A stretch of 64,000 nt of DNA from Macrostomum hystrix (lineage: Eukaryota; Animalia; Platyhelminthes): assembly GCA_950097015.1 (NCBI GenBank), contig CATNEN010000041.1, positions 2,542,001 through 2,606,000 of the forward strand. Direction: 5' to 3'. Made by a program: the position numbers and the translations under genes. How positions within the stretch are numbered: the stretch's first letter is position 1; every line of letters starts with the position of its first letter. Under the pieces are notes generated by a model. It searched no databases. It saw only the letters and a list, made by a program, of their open reading frames with translations, and had not been told where the DNA came from. This document shows positions 21,948 through 32,993 of this stretch, in pieces.

Positions 21948-24156
21948 CGCACTCCAGGTAGAGGTCCTCTGCCGCATTGTAGTGCACCAGGACACTTGGG
22001 TGCGTGAGTAGCTGCTTTGCTGCGGCAAACGCTTTGGCCTCACCGCGGTCCCACCGCCACTTCGAGTTTTTCTCCAGTAGCCGGTGTAGCGGTGCCAGCA
22101 CGCTGGAGAGATTCGGCAGGAACTTCCCGTAATAGTTGATGAGGCCCAAGAAGCTCCTGAGCTGAGTCGTGTTCGTCGGTGCTGGTGCATCTAGCACGGC
22201 TTGGACTTTGTCATCGAGTGGGTGCAGTCCCTCTGCGTCGATGCGGTGACCCAGGTACGTGACCTCGTCCTGGAAGAATCTGCACTTCTCGAGCTTGCAG
22301 GTCAGGCCGGATTCCTTGAAGACCCTCAGGACCTCTCTGAGATTGTGCAGATGGCTCGCGTCGTCCTCTCCCGTGATGATGACATCATCGATGAAGGATG
22401 CTGTGTGCGGAATTCCACGCAGCAGGTTGTCCATCACTCGTTGGAAGACGCTTGGGGCAATCGACACCCCAAAAGGCAGTCGGGTGTAGCGCAGGAGTCC
22501 GACGGAAGTGTTGATTGTACAGACCTCTTGGGCTTCCTCGTCCAGCGGAAGCTGCATAAATGCGTTGGTCAGGTCCAGCTTAGAGAACTTTTGCCCGCCA
22601 GTCAGCCGGGCGAACAGTTCGTCGATGTTTGGCAGGGGGTACGCCTCCGGCCGAATCGCTGTGTTGACTCCCTGCTTGAAATCTGCACAGACGCGGACGC
22701 TGCCGTCCGATTTCATCACTGGCACGATCGGTGACGCCCAGTCGGAGTTCTTGACCGGCATCAGCACTCCTTGGTCGATTTCCTTCTGCAGCTGCTGTTC
22801 GACTTTTTCACGCAGCGCGAAAGGAACAGGTCGCGCCTTGAAGAACTTCGGTCTGGCGGTCTCCTTGAGACTGATAGACACTGGCTTGCCGTTGAACTCT
22901 CCCAGGCCTTGGAAGACATCTGAGAACTCCTTGATGAGCTTCTCAGCAGGGTCACCGATGCGCTTGACGGACTGCCAGTCCAGGCGCAGCTGAGCCAGCC
23001 AATCCCGACCGAGGAGGCTCGGACCGTCGCCGGCGACAACGAGAAGCCGCAGTTGCGCTTCATCAGAGTCGGCGGACACTCGCACGCGGACGGACAGCTG
23101 GCCGAGCACGCGCACGGTCTGACCGGTGTAGGTGCTGAGTTGAATCGTTGACCGGGACAGTGTAACCAGTCCGTCCAGGTTCGCCTTGAATGTGCGCTCA
23201 GACATCAGCGATACAGATGCACCTGTGTCTACCTCCATCTCGTGCTGCCGCCCTTCGATAAAAACCGATGTCCTGATCGGTGGAAAACTTGACTGCGGCC
23301 GATCCGCCCCCAGATGATAAAACGGATACGACACCTCATCTGGACTCGCGCTCGTGGTCACCTGCTCCACCAGCTGGTGTGTCTGCTGCTGCCGCAGTGC
23401 ATCTGTCTTACAGGCCTTCGCTGTGTGTCCGGTCTTGCTGCACTTAAAGCAGCGCTTGTCCACGAAGGGGCACTTGCTGGCCAGGTGACGGGTTGAGAGA
23501 CAGCGAAAGCAGCGCCGACGACTTTCGGCTCCCAGCTGTCTGCTGTCTTCCTCTGGTCGCTGCCGCTCCATCCGTAGCACAGCGTCGCTTTCCGTCGATG
23601 GCGTCGGTGCTGCCGAGTTCGCTGATCCCAGCGACCGGCAGTTGATGGCTGCCGATTCGCCCGCCCGAGCGATCTCCTTTGCTGTGTCGAGGGTGAGGGT
23701 CGGCTCCATCAGCAGCCGGCGTTGGATTTGCTGATCCGCGATGCCGCACACCAGTCTGTCCCGCAGCATGTCCGACAAGCTGTTGCCAAAGTTGCAGAAC
23801 TCGGCCAGCTTCCGCAGCTCTGCCAGAAACTCTGCCACAGTCTCTCCAGCACGCTGGGCTCGGTTGTTAAAGTGGAACCTTTGGACGATCTCACTTGGTC
23901 TCGGGTTGAAATGACCGCTCAGCAGCGAACAGATGTCGTCGTACGATTTGCCAGCAACTTTGGCTGGAGAGCACAGGCTTCTAGCCAATTGAAACGTCTT
24001 CCTTCCACAGACACTCAGCAGGGTTGCTCTCTTCTTGCCCTCGTCAGTGATGTCCTGGGCGAGAAAATGCTGCTCCAGGCGCTCCTGGTATTCATCCCAG
24101 GTTTCGACGGAGTCTTCAAATTCTCCGATTCCGTGGGCCGGCATGGCTGGGCCCAA
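21948..24156 (-). CDS. Gypsy gag-pol 5' half (gag, protease, RT, start of RNase H)
   Basis: ORF 21643-24156 is open up to the LINE junction at LECDASQ; CFRCLSTRHLASKC and CFKCSKTGHTAKAC knuckles. Confidence 0.92.
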
Positions 24157-24178
24157 GTCTCGTCGCCACTGAAATAGA

Positions 24179-24388
24179 GTTACAGAGTTACAATCTGAGT
24201 TAACTACAAACCTGAGTTACAGACTCAGGTGCAGTTACAGACTCAGGTGCAGTTACAGACTCAGGTGCAGTTACAGACTCAGGTGCAGTTACAGACTCAG
24301 CTGCAGTTACAGACTCAGGTGCAGTTACAGACTCAGGTGCAGTTACAGACTCAGGTGCAGTTACAGACTCAGGTGCAGTTACAGACTC
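24179..24388. repeat. 18-bp minisatellite (GTTACAGACTCAGGTGCA), right flank of the Gypsy element
   Basis: About 10 copies, same unit as 15613-15701. Confidence 0.95.
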
Positions 24389-25394
24389 TTTTTCACTTCT
24401 TGGAAATGTACTTCTTTTCCAGCGCTTTGTCAAGGACATGAACAAATTCTTTCCTATTCTCATCCTTCATGCCAGTCTTTGCAGCTCCAAGAAGAACAAT
24501 AGCCGCTTATAGATGTTTGGGGTGTTTATGATTCCTGTTCCAGGTGGGGTTGATTGTTGTTGAACTGGGCATTCAAATGACTGGTCAGTTCCGGATGAAG
24601 CTGAAGTGTCAGGTAGGGGTGTGTGATGGGGTGTGAGAACATTTTGCTTGATTCTATTCATTCGGTCTGGGAGAACTGCTCCATGTGTTGCCGCTCTGTT
24701 GGGTATTGTTCCTTGGGTATTAAGCTACTTTCAAGCGGTCGGACTGCTCGAGTTGACTCAGCACTTCTTCTTCTGTGAAATGTTGCTACTGCTGTGGCGG
24801 TTGTTGCTGTTGTTGTGTGTGTGACTTCGAACAAAACGTTCCTAACATCGGAGCCACTCGGGGTGACACCGCTGCAGAAACTGCTCCACCTTCCGCTCGT
24901 CTCTGAGGCTCTCGCAACCATTGAAGCCTAAGTCAGCTCGAACGGCGTCCCATCTCGGGCAGGCGAACCAGTGGTCGGGCAGGCGAACCAGTGGTCGGGC
25001 AGGCGAACCAGTGGTCGGGCAGGCGAACCAGTGGTCGGGCAGGCGAACCAGTGGTCGGGCAGGCGAACCAGTGGCGCCAGTAGTCAGTCTTTCTGCAGTG
25101 TCCGGTCCGGAGCTGCGCCATCAGAACCTCGCGGCTGTTGTTGTTGCTGTTCTCGATATTTCATGACTTTTTAAATCTAGTCAGGTTGACACCGTTGTCG
25201 CACATTATTTTCAGAACTTGTGGGTCCCTTAGTATTTCCATACCTCTAGCAAGAGCAAAAGTCACCAGATCTCTGTAGTTCTTTAGCTGCTTCTCGGAGA
25301 TTTTCTCTTGGTTCTTAGTCATAAAAGTCAGTATTGTTTCTGTGAAAAGTGCTCTTTTAGTTTCTTGTGAGCCAGACAGAAATACTGCTTTCAT
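24386..25394 (-). pseudogene. Decayed Lys-rich ORF(s) of unknown identity, possibly part of the Polinton-like remnant
   Basis: Pieces MKAVFLSGSQETKRALF...RFKKS (25161-25394) and ..MKDENRKEFVHVLDKALEKKYISKK* look protein-like and A-rich like the capsid ORFs; stops and a repeat insertion interrupt them. Confidence 0.3.
24957..25077. repeat. 20-bp tandem repeat (GGGCAGGCGAACCAGTGGTC) x6
   Basis: Direct tandem copies. Confidence 0.95.
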
Positions 25395-25636
25395 TCATGT
25401 TAGTTCATTATAAATGTTTTTTCTCCATAAACTAACCCAAAAACATATTTCCCCTCGTTCTACTGGTCCAAAAATGTTATCCGTCACTTTTAGTTGTGAT
25501 TCTGTGTGTGGTGGTTGCGGCTGTATCGGTGCCTTTTGCACCTGGGTTTCCTGTATGTCGTCTCCCTTATACTGCAGTGCCTGTGTTCCTATATCCTGTT
25601 ATACTGCAGTGCCTGTGTTCCTATATCCTGTTATAC

Positions 25637-26241
25637 TGTTGTGGTGCCGGTGTCTCTGGCCTTGTGGTTTTGTTAGGCCTTCCTCACCCAGCGCCGTCTT
25701 GGCTGCCCGGTGCCCAGTGCCGCCATCTGATTGGCTGGGCGCGGGCATTGTGTGCCTATCCTACCCCAGCCCTGCGTGGCTTTGCCCTCACGCCAATCAG
25801 CTCTGCGTAGCTTTGCCCGTCCACCCGTCCAGCGCGTACAACCCTACCCCCCAGCGCGCTGTAGGCTTTGTTTGTGCTCCGCCCCTGTCTGCCCCCTTGT
25901 CAGCCCTTAAGGTATCGTTTTCTGCCCGGGCCAAGGCTACCTCTCTCCCCCCTTGCGAACTTTAAAAGATCGTGCCGTAAAGACGGTCTCTTACGGCGAA
26001 GGCTCAATTTATTGCATAGCGAAGTGATTATTGACGAGTGATTCCGAGCGTATGGTTTATTAAAGTGCAAAAATTGCCGACAAATACATTCAGCGTCATC
26101 CTGCCATCCTATCGTGCGTCCCGACCGGTAAGCACTGTATTTGTGTCTGTCCTTTCGGGGTGCCAGGTCCGCACGGAGTACTGTAATAATCTTAGAAGTA
26201 CTGTGTGAGCGTCCTAACGCCACCAGTCCCTGACTGCAACA
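25637..26241 (+). mobile_element. Probable solo LTR (~605 bp)
   Basis: Begins TGTTG and ends CAACA, is non-coding, contains ATTAAA at ~26057, and interrupts the 32-bp minisatellite. No clean TSD; the right edge has a 15-bp local duplication. Confidence 0.45.
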
Positions 26242-26607
26242 GAGCGTCCTAACGCCTGGTTCAGTGATCGATAATATTTTACTTAATAGGGCTGTGGGCC
26301 GGGGATCTCAAACCGACCACTGTCACTACACTGTAGTGCCTGTTTTCCTATATCCTGCACTCTAGGAGGGCGGGTATTGACAGGGAGTGACAATAGTGCC
26401 TTTGACTTGATAAATATTTTTCTTAGCTTCTCCATACCCGGGTTTATGAAACTCTGTGGCTGCTTGGACAAACTCATTCTAGGATTGTTGCTCCTTATTG
26501 ATTAGCCCGGTAACTCTCTTTTCTGCTTGTGCTAGCTTCTCCAATTCAGATATTTGCTTTGCATTTTTTCTCTTCATTTCTTATTTTATTTTTTTTAGTT
26601 TAAAAAA

Positions 26608-27642
26608 ATGAACGACCCACTGACACCAGTTTTCTACAAAATTAACAAGCCTATTTTGAGTGATGATAGCACAATCAAAGCGACTCAAGTAAGAGTTCCC
26701 AGTCAGGAAAATCAGAATGAAACTAATCTTGGTCTGATCGAGAATCCAGATTTTATTCAGTTGGGGAGTGGTGCAGGTTTCATTGCAGATGAAAAAGAAG
26801 GAGATATCAATGACAGTGGCTATAAAAAGAGGAAGAAGAGATACAACTATGCATTGCAAGGTGCTGATGATGCTGCTAAGAACCCGCTGTATCGGTCTGT
26901 TGATGTATTCGTACCACTGAGATTCATGAGTGGATTCTGTAATACATTTAATCGACTGACTAGTAACTTCAGCTACACCTTTAAGATGACTAGAGATGAT
27001 CTCAGTAGAGTGTTGTGGACTGGGGCGGACCACACTAGGATGGAAGTGAAGCTAACCGGAATCGAGCTGTATTTGGAAGTCATTGAGCCAAAGACCGCAC
27101 TAAAAGCAGATTATCTCAAGGCAATAGAGAAGGACATTGATGTCGCCTACACGGCCTACATGTGTCGAGATGAGCGAAACGAAACCAGAACAAACATCTG
27201 CATTAAAGAGGGATCATGCAGCAATCCAAGGTATATTATTATTAACCTGAGAAACCCAAATAGCATTATACGCTACATGCATGGAGATGTGCGGTCCATT
27301 CAGCATGAAATCAGTGATAATCTTTACCCTGCACTGCCACAAAATGGAAATTTCAAAGAAAACAAGATAAGCAAATTTTACAGCGAGTTGGTCGACTTGG
27401 CTGTGAAAGAGAACAATGGAATTGCTATCACTGCTCTTCAGTATGGAACTCTTTATCCGATGTTTGGCGCTGATGTGTCTGCCAGACAAATGCCTACTGA
27501 TAACAGCCCTGTGAATATCGTGACTAACATTGAGATGACTGCCGCAACACCAACACCAAATAACAGGTTTTATTACAAATGGAAAAATGCAGAAGCAGAA
27601 GCTGATATTCCCTGTGAGCACACAGAGCGCGGACACCTATAA
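26608..27642 (+). CDS. Polinton/adintovirus-like double jelly-roll major capsid protein (probably internally deleted or truncated)
   Basis: Colinear family-like motifs: ILSDDSTI, SGYKKRK, VPLRFMSGFC..F..MTR, VKLTGIELYLEVIEP, NPRYIII, NLYP..NF....SKFY, YGTLYPMFGADVS. Intronless and AT-rich. Confidence 0.8.
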   Translation: MNDPLTPVFYKINKPILSDDSTIKATQVRVPSQENQNETNLGLIENPDFIQLGSGAGFIADEKEGDINDSGYKKRKKRYNYALQGADDAAKNPLYRSVDVFVPLRFMSGFCNTFNRLTSNFSYTFKMTRDDLSRVLWTGADHTRMEVKLTGIELYLEVIEPKTALKADYLKAIEKDIDVAYTAYMCRDERNETRTNICIKEGSCSNPRYIIINLRNPNSIIRYMHGDVRSIQHEISDNLYPALPQNGNFKENKISKFYSELVDLAVKENNGIAITALQYGTLYPMFGADVSARQMPTDNSPVNIVTNIEMTAATPTPNNRFYYKWKNAEAEADIPCEHTERGHL

Positions 27643-28018
27643 CTATTTCTTGGAAAATGTTTTTACAAAGAGAAATCATTTTGAGTCACCTGATGCGAGC
27701 AAGCCAGAGAATAAACTATTCCCTGTTAAGTTTTCCTATGACCTCACAGTTATGAGAGTGGTCATGCAGGTTCACAAAGATGCAGAGGTAAATTTTAAAG
27801 ATGACACGTGGTATAGGGCAATGGGATTCGAGAAGAAAGTTTATAAGGCGGAAGCACAGACTGCATCTCCTTCATCGTGGGCTGTTTCGAGGACCCAGCT
27901 AAGCGGTTTGTTCTTAGCACCCAATATCGCAGACATTGTAAAGGGTTTGAATATTCTAATCAGAAGTAATCGCAGTCTTGATTGGGTATTTAAGGGAGGG
28001 CGAACGAATATTTTGTAG
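27587..28018 (+). pseudogene. Polinton/adintovirus-like minor capsid (penton) fragment
   Basis: FSYDLTVMRVVMQV..VNF..AMGFEKKVY..NIADIVKGLNILIRSN..VFKGGRTNIL resembles the penton pattern and lies directly downstream of the MCP. True start unclear; 3' truncated. Confidence 0.65.
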
Positions 28019-28129
28019 AACATCTCAAAATCTCAAATTACTAACAATATCCAATGTTTCTTGGATATTGTGGAATATGTACTTAAAAATAAAGTAGAGA
28101 ACAGCTGCAACCTTTGCGCAGTCGACCAA

Positions 28130-28262
28130 GGAGCGTCTGCTTCAAGCCTTTGAGGCAATCCGTATAGCAACTCGGACAGTCCAGAAACGGCAGAAGCATT
28201 ACTATGACCTGAAAGCAAAGAAGGTGAAGTTCAAGGTGGGAGATATGGTATGCTTTATGGAT
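28130..28262 (+). mobile_element. Gypsy integrase C-terminal fragment
   Basis: Translates EAIRIATRTVQKRQKHYYDLKAKKVKFKVGDMV, the typical Q..YYD...F.VGD.V motif. Confidence 0.65.
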
Positions 28263-28334
28263 TATGGTTATGCGGATTATGGTCCCAGATAGCCCCTCTC
28301 GCATACTATTGGGTTGGCACATGCTGCGGAGCAA

Positions 28335-28500
28335 CCTTAGGCATCTTCTCCAATGGCGATTACCAGTGTCGCAACCTTGACCTCATCTTTGATTTCCTTG
28401 TAGGTGAAGTAGTGCTCGAGCCGCTCTAGATAGACCTCGACATCGGAGTTTGCAGAGAGTGCAGGAATTGTGCCAAGGGCCGCCATCCTCGTCGCCAATG
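28335..28500 (-). mobile_element. Second Gypsy (Mag-like) 5' remnant: LTR end, PBS, gag start
   Basis: CA-T-TGGCGACGAG (PBS 28488-28497), then ATG at 28486 giving MAALGTIPALSANSDVEVYLERLEHYFTYKEIKDEVKVATLVIAIGEDA*. LTR extent beyond 28500 is undefined. Confidence 0.75.
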
Positions 28501-29030
28501 TGAGATAACGAAGTAACGAGCAATTTTGATTTTGCTAAATATATATTAAATATATTTAGGTGAGGTCGTCCTATATAGACTACTTAAAGTGGCAGTATTT
28601 TTGTTCCATGTTTATTTAGTAGCAATTTATTCTAAGTAATCCGACACGAAATGTTTCGGACTAAAGATAAAAGACTCCAACTTTCCAAGAAATCGAGTCT
28701 CTATCATTATCGCTCGAGATACTTAGCTCAGATAGGCTGATCGGGTTCACCATCATTGATTGGAATCACAACAATGAAAAGTCATCTTTTCAGATCTTTA
28801 TAATGGGGTACCTATTGTTTCAGATCCTCAAATTTTGGCACCACGTCATTCCAGATTTACAGATATGTACATCATGATACACTCAGATCATGGAAAACAT
28901 TGAATTGTGCAATATGGATTGCTCCGCAGCCTCCCGAATAACCTGATTAATCAAAACTTCCCTGACTTTTTGCTTATTTTATGAGTTCGCTTGGTTGCTA
29001 TGCCATTGTCGTGGCATCAATAGGCGTCAA

Positions 29031-29360
29031 TAGGCTAAGAACAGGCCTTACGTGTTCCAGCGTACTGGTTTAAATATAAACTACTTAGGCTAAGAACAGG
29101 CCTTACCTGTTCCAGCGTACTGGTTTAAATATAAACTACTTAGGCTAAGAACAGGCCTTACCTGTTCCAGCGTACTGGTTTAAATATAAACTACTTAGGC
29201 TAAGAACAGGCCTTACCTGTTCCAGCGTACTGGTTTAAATATAAACTACTTAGGCTAAGAACAGGCCTTACCTGTTCCAGCGTACTGGTTTAAATATAAA
29301 CTACTTAGGCTAAGAACAGGCCTTACCTGTTCCAGCGTACTGGTTTAAATATAAACTACT
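29031..29360. repeat. 55-bp tandem repeat x6
   Basis: TAGGCTAAGAACAGGCCTTACCTGTTCCAGCGTACTGGTTTAAATATAAACTACT, near-identical, no spacers. Confidence 0.97.
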
Positions 29361-30039
29361 TATAAAGTAAACTTCTTACAAGTGATAAGCAAACTAGTCA
29401 GAACGTACATTGGGGAGAGAGTGAAATTAGCGAGGGTGGCTCGCTAGCCAATAGCAAGAAAGAGGGAAAAACAGGGAGAGAAAGAGGCGGATTAATTAAC
29501 TTGAGCAGTTTAAGTTATAGTTCAGGTCAAGCTCAAGTCAAGTCGATACGAAACACAGTACAGTGCCAGTGCTCAGTGTCCTGGCGCCTCAGTTTTACTA
29601 TCTTTGCGCCCCATCACGTTGCTCTCCCCAGCCGTTGTAATTGAGAAGTGGTGGTCGAACCGAACGACTTTACCACGCTCACATGCCGGCCTGCCAGGAG
29701 CTGGTCGATGAGCGCAGCGTCGATGGTGCGCCAAGAACTGTCGAACTGCTCGGCCGCGAGGTCCTGTTCTTTCACGAAAACAATTACCGAGGGTTGGAGC
29801 ATGGCACCTTGCAGGCAAATGAGTCCTTGGCCTTGGTTGATGGCTGGCTGGCCGGAGCCACACCTGTGGTGGCTCCTGATGGCCTAGCCGCGCTGACTAT
29901 AGGCTTGCTGGCTGGTCATCAAGCGGAGGTGGTTCCTGAGAGGCTGGTGCCGCACTGGCCAAACCGAACTTTAGTTCACCCTCCCGAGGTAACCAACACC
30001 GCCGACTTGCGGCCTCACACTAGATAATATATATTCAGG

Positions 30040-30180
30040 GAGTGACTGACAGAGGACTGAGCGAGTGAAAGACAGGGAGTGACAGACTGAGGAAGTGAGA
30101 GACTGAGCGAGTGAAAGACAGGGAGTGACAGACTGAGGAAGTGAGAGACTGAGCGAGTGAAAGACAGGGAGTGGAAGACT
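30040..30180. repeat. ~46-bp purine-rich tandem repeat (~3 copies)
   Basis: GACTGAGCGAGTGAAAGACAGGGAGTGACAGACTGAGGAAGTGAGA units. Confidence 0.85.
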
Positions 30181-30664
30181 GCAGGAGAACTGAGATAGAG
30201 ATGACAGACTCCCACGCTCTACACAGATGGGGTCAGCAGGTCAAGCTAATGTGACACAAGCGGCTCTATGATACAATAATCTGTGATTAGGCTGCATAAG
30301 CAGGCAGTGGGGCTGATTGTTCTGTCATCAGACCGCACCTCAAAGTACATTCAGCCACCTGCCTGACCATTCGTCAGCAGCAGAGCAAATTGCGTGGGCA
30401 GAAGACATTTGCAGCCCTATGAAACACTTTTCTGTCTGTTCTGAGACTCGATTGGGGAGACGAAATGAATAACGAGTTCGACGGATTCCCTGCGATGTTG
30501 AACCTTCTTTCTGATGTTATATTTTCAAATCAAGATGTTAACAAACAAACAAGGTGTTACAATCGAATAAGTAGGTAAGTTAGGTAAGTCTTAGGTGGAA
30601 GGCGGTTGTAGCAGCCAGGCGCGGTTCAGTCGAGGCGTCGACAATGATACTGCGCAAACTGCGG

Positions 30665-31010
30665 AGTTACAGACTTCCAGGTGGAGTTACAGACTTTCAG
30701 GTAGAGTTACAGACTTTCAGGTAGAGTTAAAGACTTTCAGGTGGAGTTAAAGACTTTCAGGTGGAGTTAAAGACTTTCAGGTGGAGTTAAAGACTTTCAG
30801 GTGGAGATAAAGACTTTCAGGTGGAGTAACAGACTTTCAGGTGGAGTTTAAGACTTTCAGGTGGAGTAACAGACTTTCAGGTGGAGTTTAAGACTTTCAG
30901 GTGGAGTTACAGACTTTCAGGTGGAGATAAAGACTTTCAGGTGGAGTTACAGACTTTCAGGTGGAGATAAAGACTTTCAGGTGGAGTTACAGACTCAGTT
31001 GCAGTTAAAC
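30665..31010. repeat. 20-bp minisatellite (GTTACAGACTTTCAGGTGGA), related to the 18-bp unit
   Basis: About 16 copies; ends with GTTACAGACTCAGTTGCA, almost the 18-bp unit itself. Confidence 0.95.
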
Positions 31011-31559
31011 GCTCAGGTGCGGCACGTCGAGGTTTTTACAGATACTGTCCAAAAAAAATACTCGCAGCCTACTGCGAGTAGGCTGCTTAGAATTCTCCGG
31101 GCATTGTGGGTCACTGAAATGGCTTTGAAATCCGAATGGAACAGAATTGCAGCTGCTGCACTGGGAAAATTTTCCCACTGGGCTGAGTGGCTTGTGTGGG
31201 CTGGTGGAGGCGGTCTGAGATTTCTCAGTTGGGGAAAGGGAACAGCTAATGGAATATCGAATTTCCAGGAAGTCAGCTAGATTCACCTGCCTCAGTAGAG
31301 AGCGAGTTCGACTTACCGAGGGAGCTGCTCTGGCCGAACCCTTCACTACGGAAATCCCTAACTGCAGCCTCATGGGGATCTGGCCAATGTGGGATTTTAT
31401 CCCCCGCACTGATTAGGCTAAGCCCACCTGGACTTTGCTGAGCTAAGCGAAGCCAGTGATTAATGAAACTCACCTGGAAGATGCCGAATTTCCGTGACTA
31501 GCTCATGGCAATACACGCTGCTCATGAAATTACAGCTCACTTCTTATTTATTGACTTCT

Positions 31560-32620
31560 CGTGCTCGTCTTCTCTCCTCTCCTCTGATCTCATCTCCTGT
31601 CCACTCATCTCCTCTCATCTCCACTCCTCTCCTCTCCTCTCATCTCCTCTCGTCTCCTCTCCTCTCATCCCATCTCCTCTCATCTCCTCTCATCTCCTCT
31701 CCTCTCCTCTCCTCTCATCTCCTCTCATCTCCTCTCATCTCATATCCTCTCGTCTCATCTCATCTCCTCTCCTTTCCCCTCATATCCTCTCTCTCATCTC
31801 CTCTCCTTTCCCCTCATATCCTCTCTCTCATCTCCTCTCATCTCATCTCATCTCATCTCATCTCCTCTCATCTCCTCTCATCTCCTCTCATCTCATATCC
31901 TCTCGTCTCATCTCATCTCCTCTCCTCTCCCCTCATATCCTCTCTCTCATCTCCTCTCCTTTCCCCTCATATCCTCTCTCTCATCTCCTCTCCTTTCCCC
32001 TCATATCCTCTCTCTCATCTCCTCTCCTTTCCCCTCATATCCTCTCTCTCATCTCCTCTCCTTTCCCCTCATATCCTCTCTCTCATCTCCTCTCCTTTCC
32101 CCTCATATCCTCTCTCTCATCTCCTCTCATCTCATCTCCTCTCATCTCCTCTCATCTCATCTCCTCTCCTTTCCCCTCATATCCTCTCTCTCATCTCCTC
32201 TCATCTCATCTCATCTCATCTCATCTCCTCTCATCTCCTCTCATCTCATCTCCTCTCCTTTCCCCTCATATCCTCTCTCTCATCTCCTCTCCTCTCATCT
32301 CATCTCATCTCATCTCATCTCATCTCCTCTCATCTCCTCTCGTCTCATCTCATCTCCTCTCCTTTCCCCTCATATCCTCTCTCTCATCTCCTCTCCTCTC
32401 ATCTCATCTCATCTCCTCTCATCTCCTCTCATCTCATCTCCTTTCCCCTCATATCCTCTCTCTCATCTCCTCTTTCTCATCTCCTCTTTCTCATTTCGTC
32501 TCCTCTCCTCTCCTCTTATCTTTCGTCTCCTCTCCGCTCTTCATTTCTCCTATCCTCTCTTTTCTCCCCTCTAATCTTGTCTCCTCTCATTTCATCTCCT
32601 CTCGCCTCCTCTCCTCTCAT
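31560..32620. repeat. Pyrimidine-rich (TCTCC/TCTCA)n low-complexity array
   Basis: Direct inspection. Confidence 0.95.
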
Positions 32621-32993
32621 CTGCTCTTACATTCTATTATCTCCTGGACGCACAGAGACAACCAAAGCCCTGACTTCACCAAGAAAGCCACTGACTGCCA
32701 TCGAGCCGCAAGGGTCACTCAGTGCCGCCCCTGCTGTCCAATCGGTCTCTCAGCCAGTCACATTGAAAGCCATCGCTGCTCTGGTCTCGCCACTCGCATC
32801 GAAGCTTGACAGCCCCTCAGCCATTGGCCTGCCCGCTGCTCCGCTCCTTGTGGGACAAAACCGAGGGCCAGGTTTGGGGGCGAGTGACCTGCGAGATTGG
32901 AAAGCGCTAGCCAGACCCACCTAGCCCAGCAGCATCTCCCGCATCAGCTCCAGTTTCATCGCGCGGCCGCAGAGTCCAGCTGCCAGCTGCCTG

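Larger units (their letters stand above)
15702..24176 (-). mobile_element. Ty3/Gypsy LTR retrotransposon (Mag-like), interrupted by a LINE, 5' LTR almost entirely lost
   Basis: PBS TGGCGACGAG at 24159-24168. Gag has two CCHC knuckles, followed by protease (VDTGA), RT (FIDDV), RNase H (CDAS..YGLGAV, NYCQLEKE, LLTDH) and integrase (HVAHPG..C..C, IDFAGP, SDNGP, SNGQAER). PPT GGTGGGAGAAG abuts a TG..CA LTR at 16013-15702. Confidence 0.95.

Noticed and set aside
21848-21952. ORF-track start of the 1352-aa LINE protein, and the 837-aa Gypsy ORF running to 21643
   Set aside because: Both cross the TSD junction. The LINE begins at 21935, and the last ~100 aa of the Gypsy ORF are out-of-frame LINE sequence.
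16000-24000. Numerous plus-strand ORFs over the Gypsy and LINE
   Set aside because: They are antisense shadows of GC-rich coding sequence.
29031-29360. CRISPR-like array
   Set aside because: Units are contiguous with no unique spacers, there are no cas genes, and the context is eukaryotic.
29570-30025. GC-rich stretch with several short ORFs
   Set aside because: No recognisable motif in any frame; probably TE debris but unsupported.
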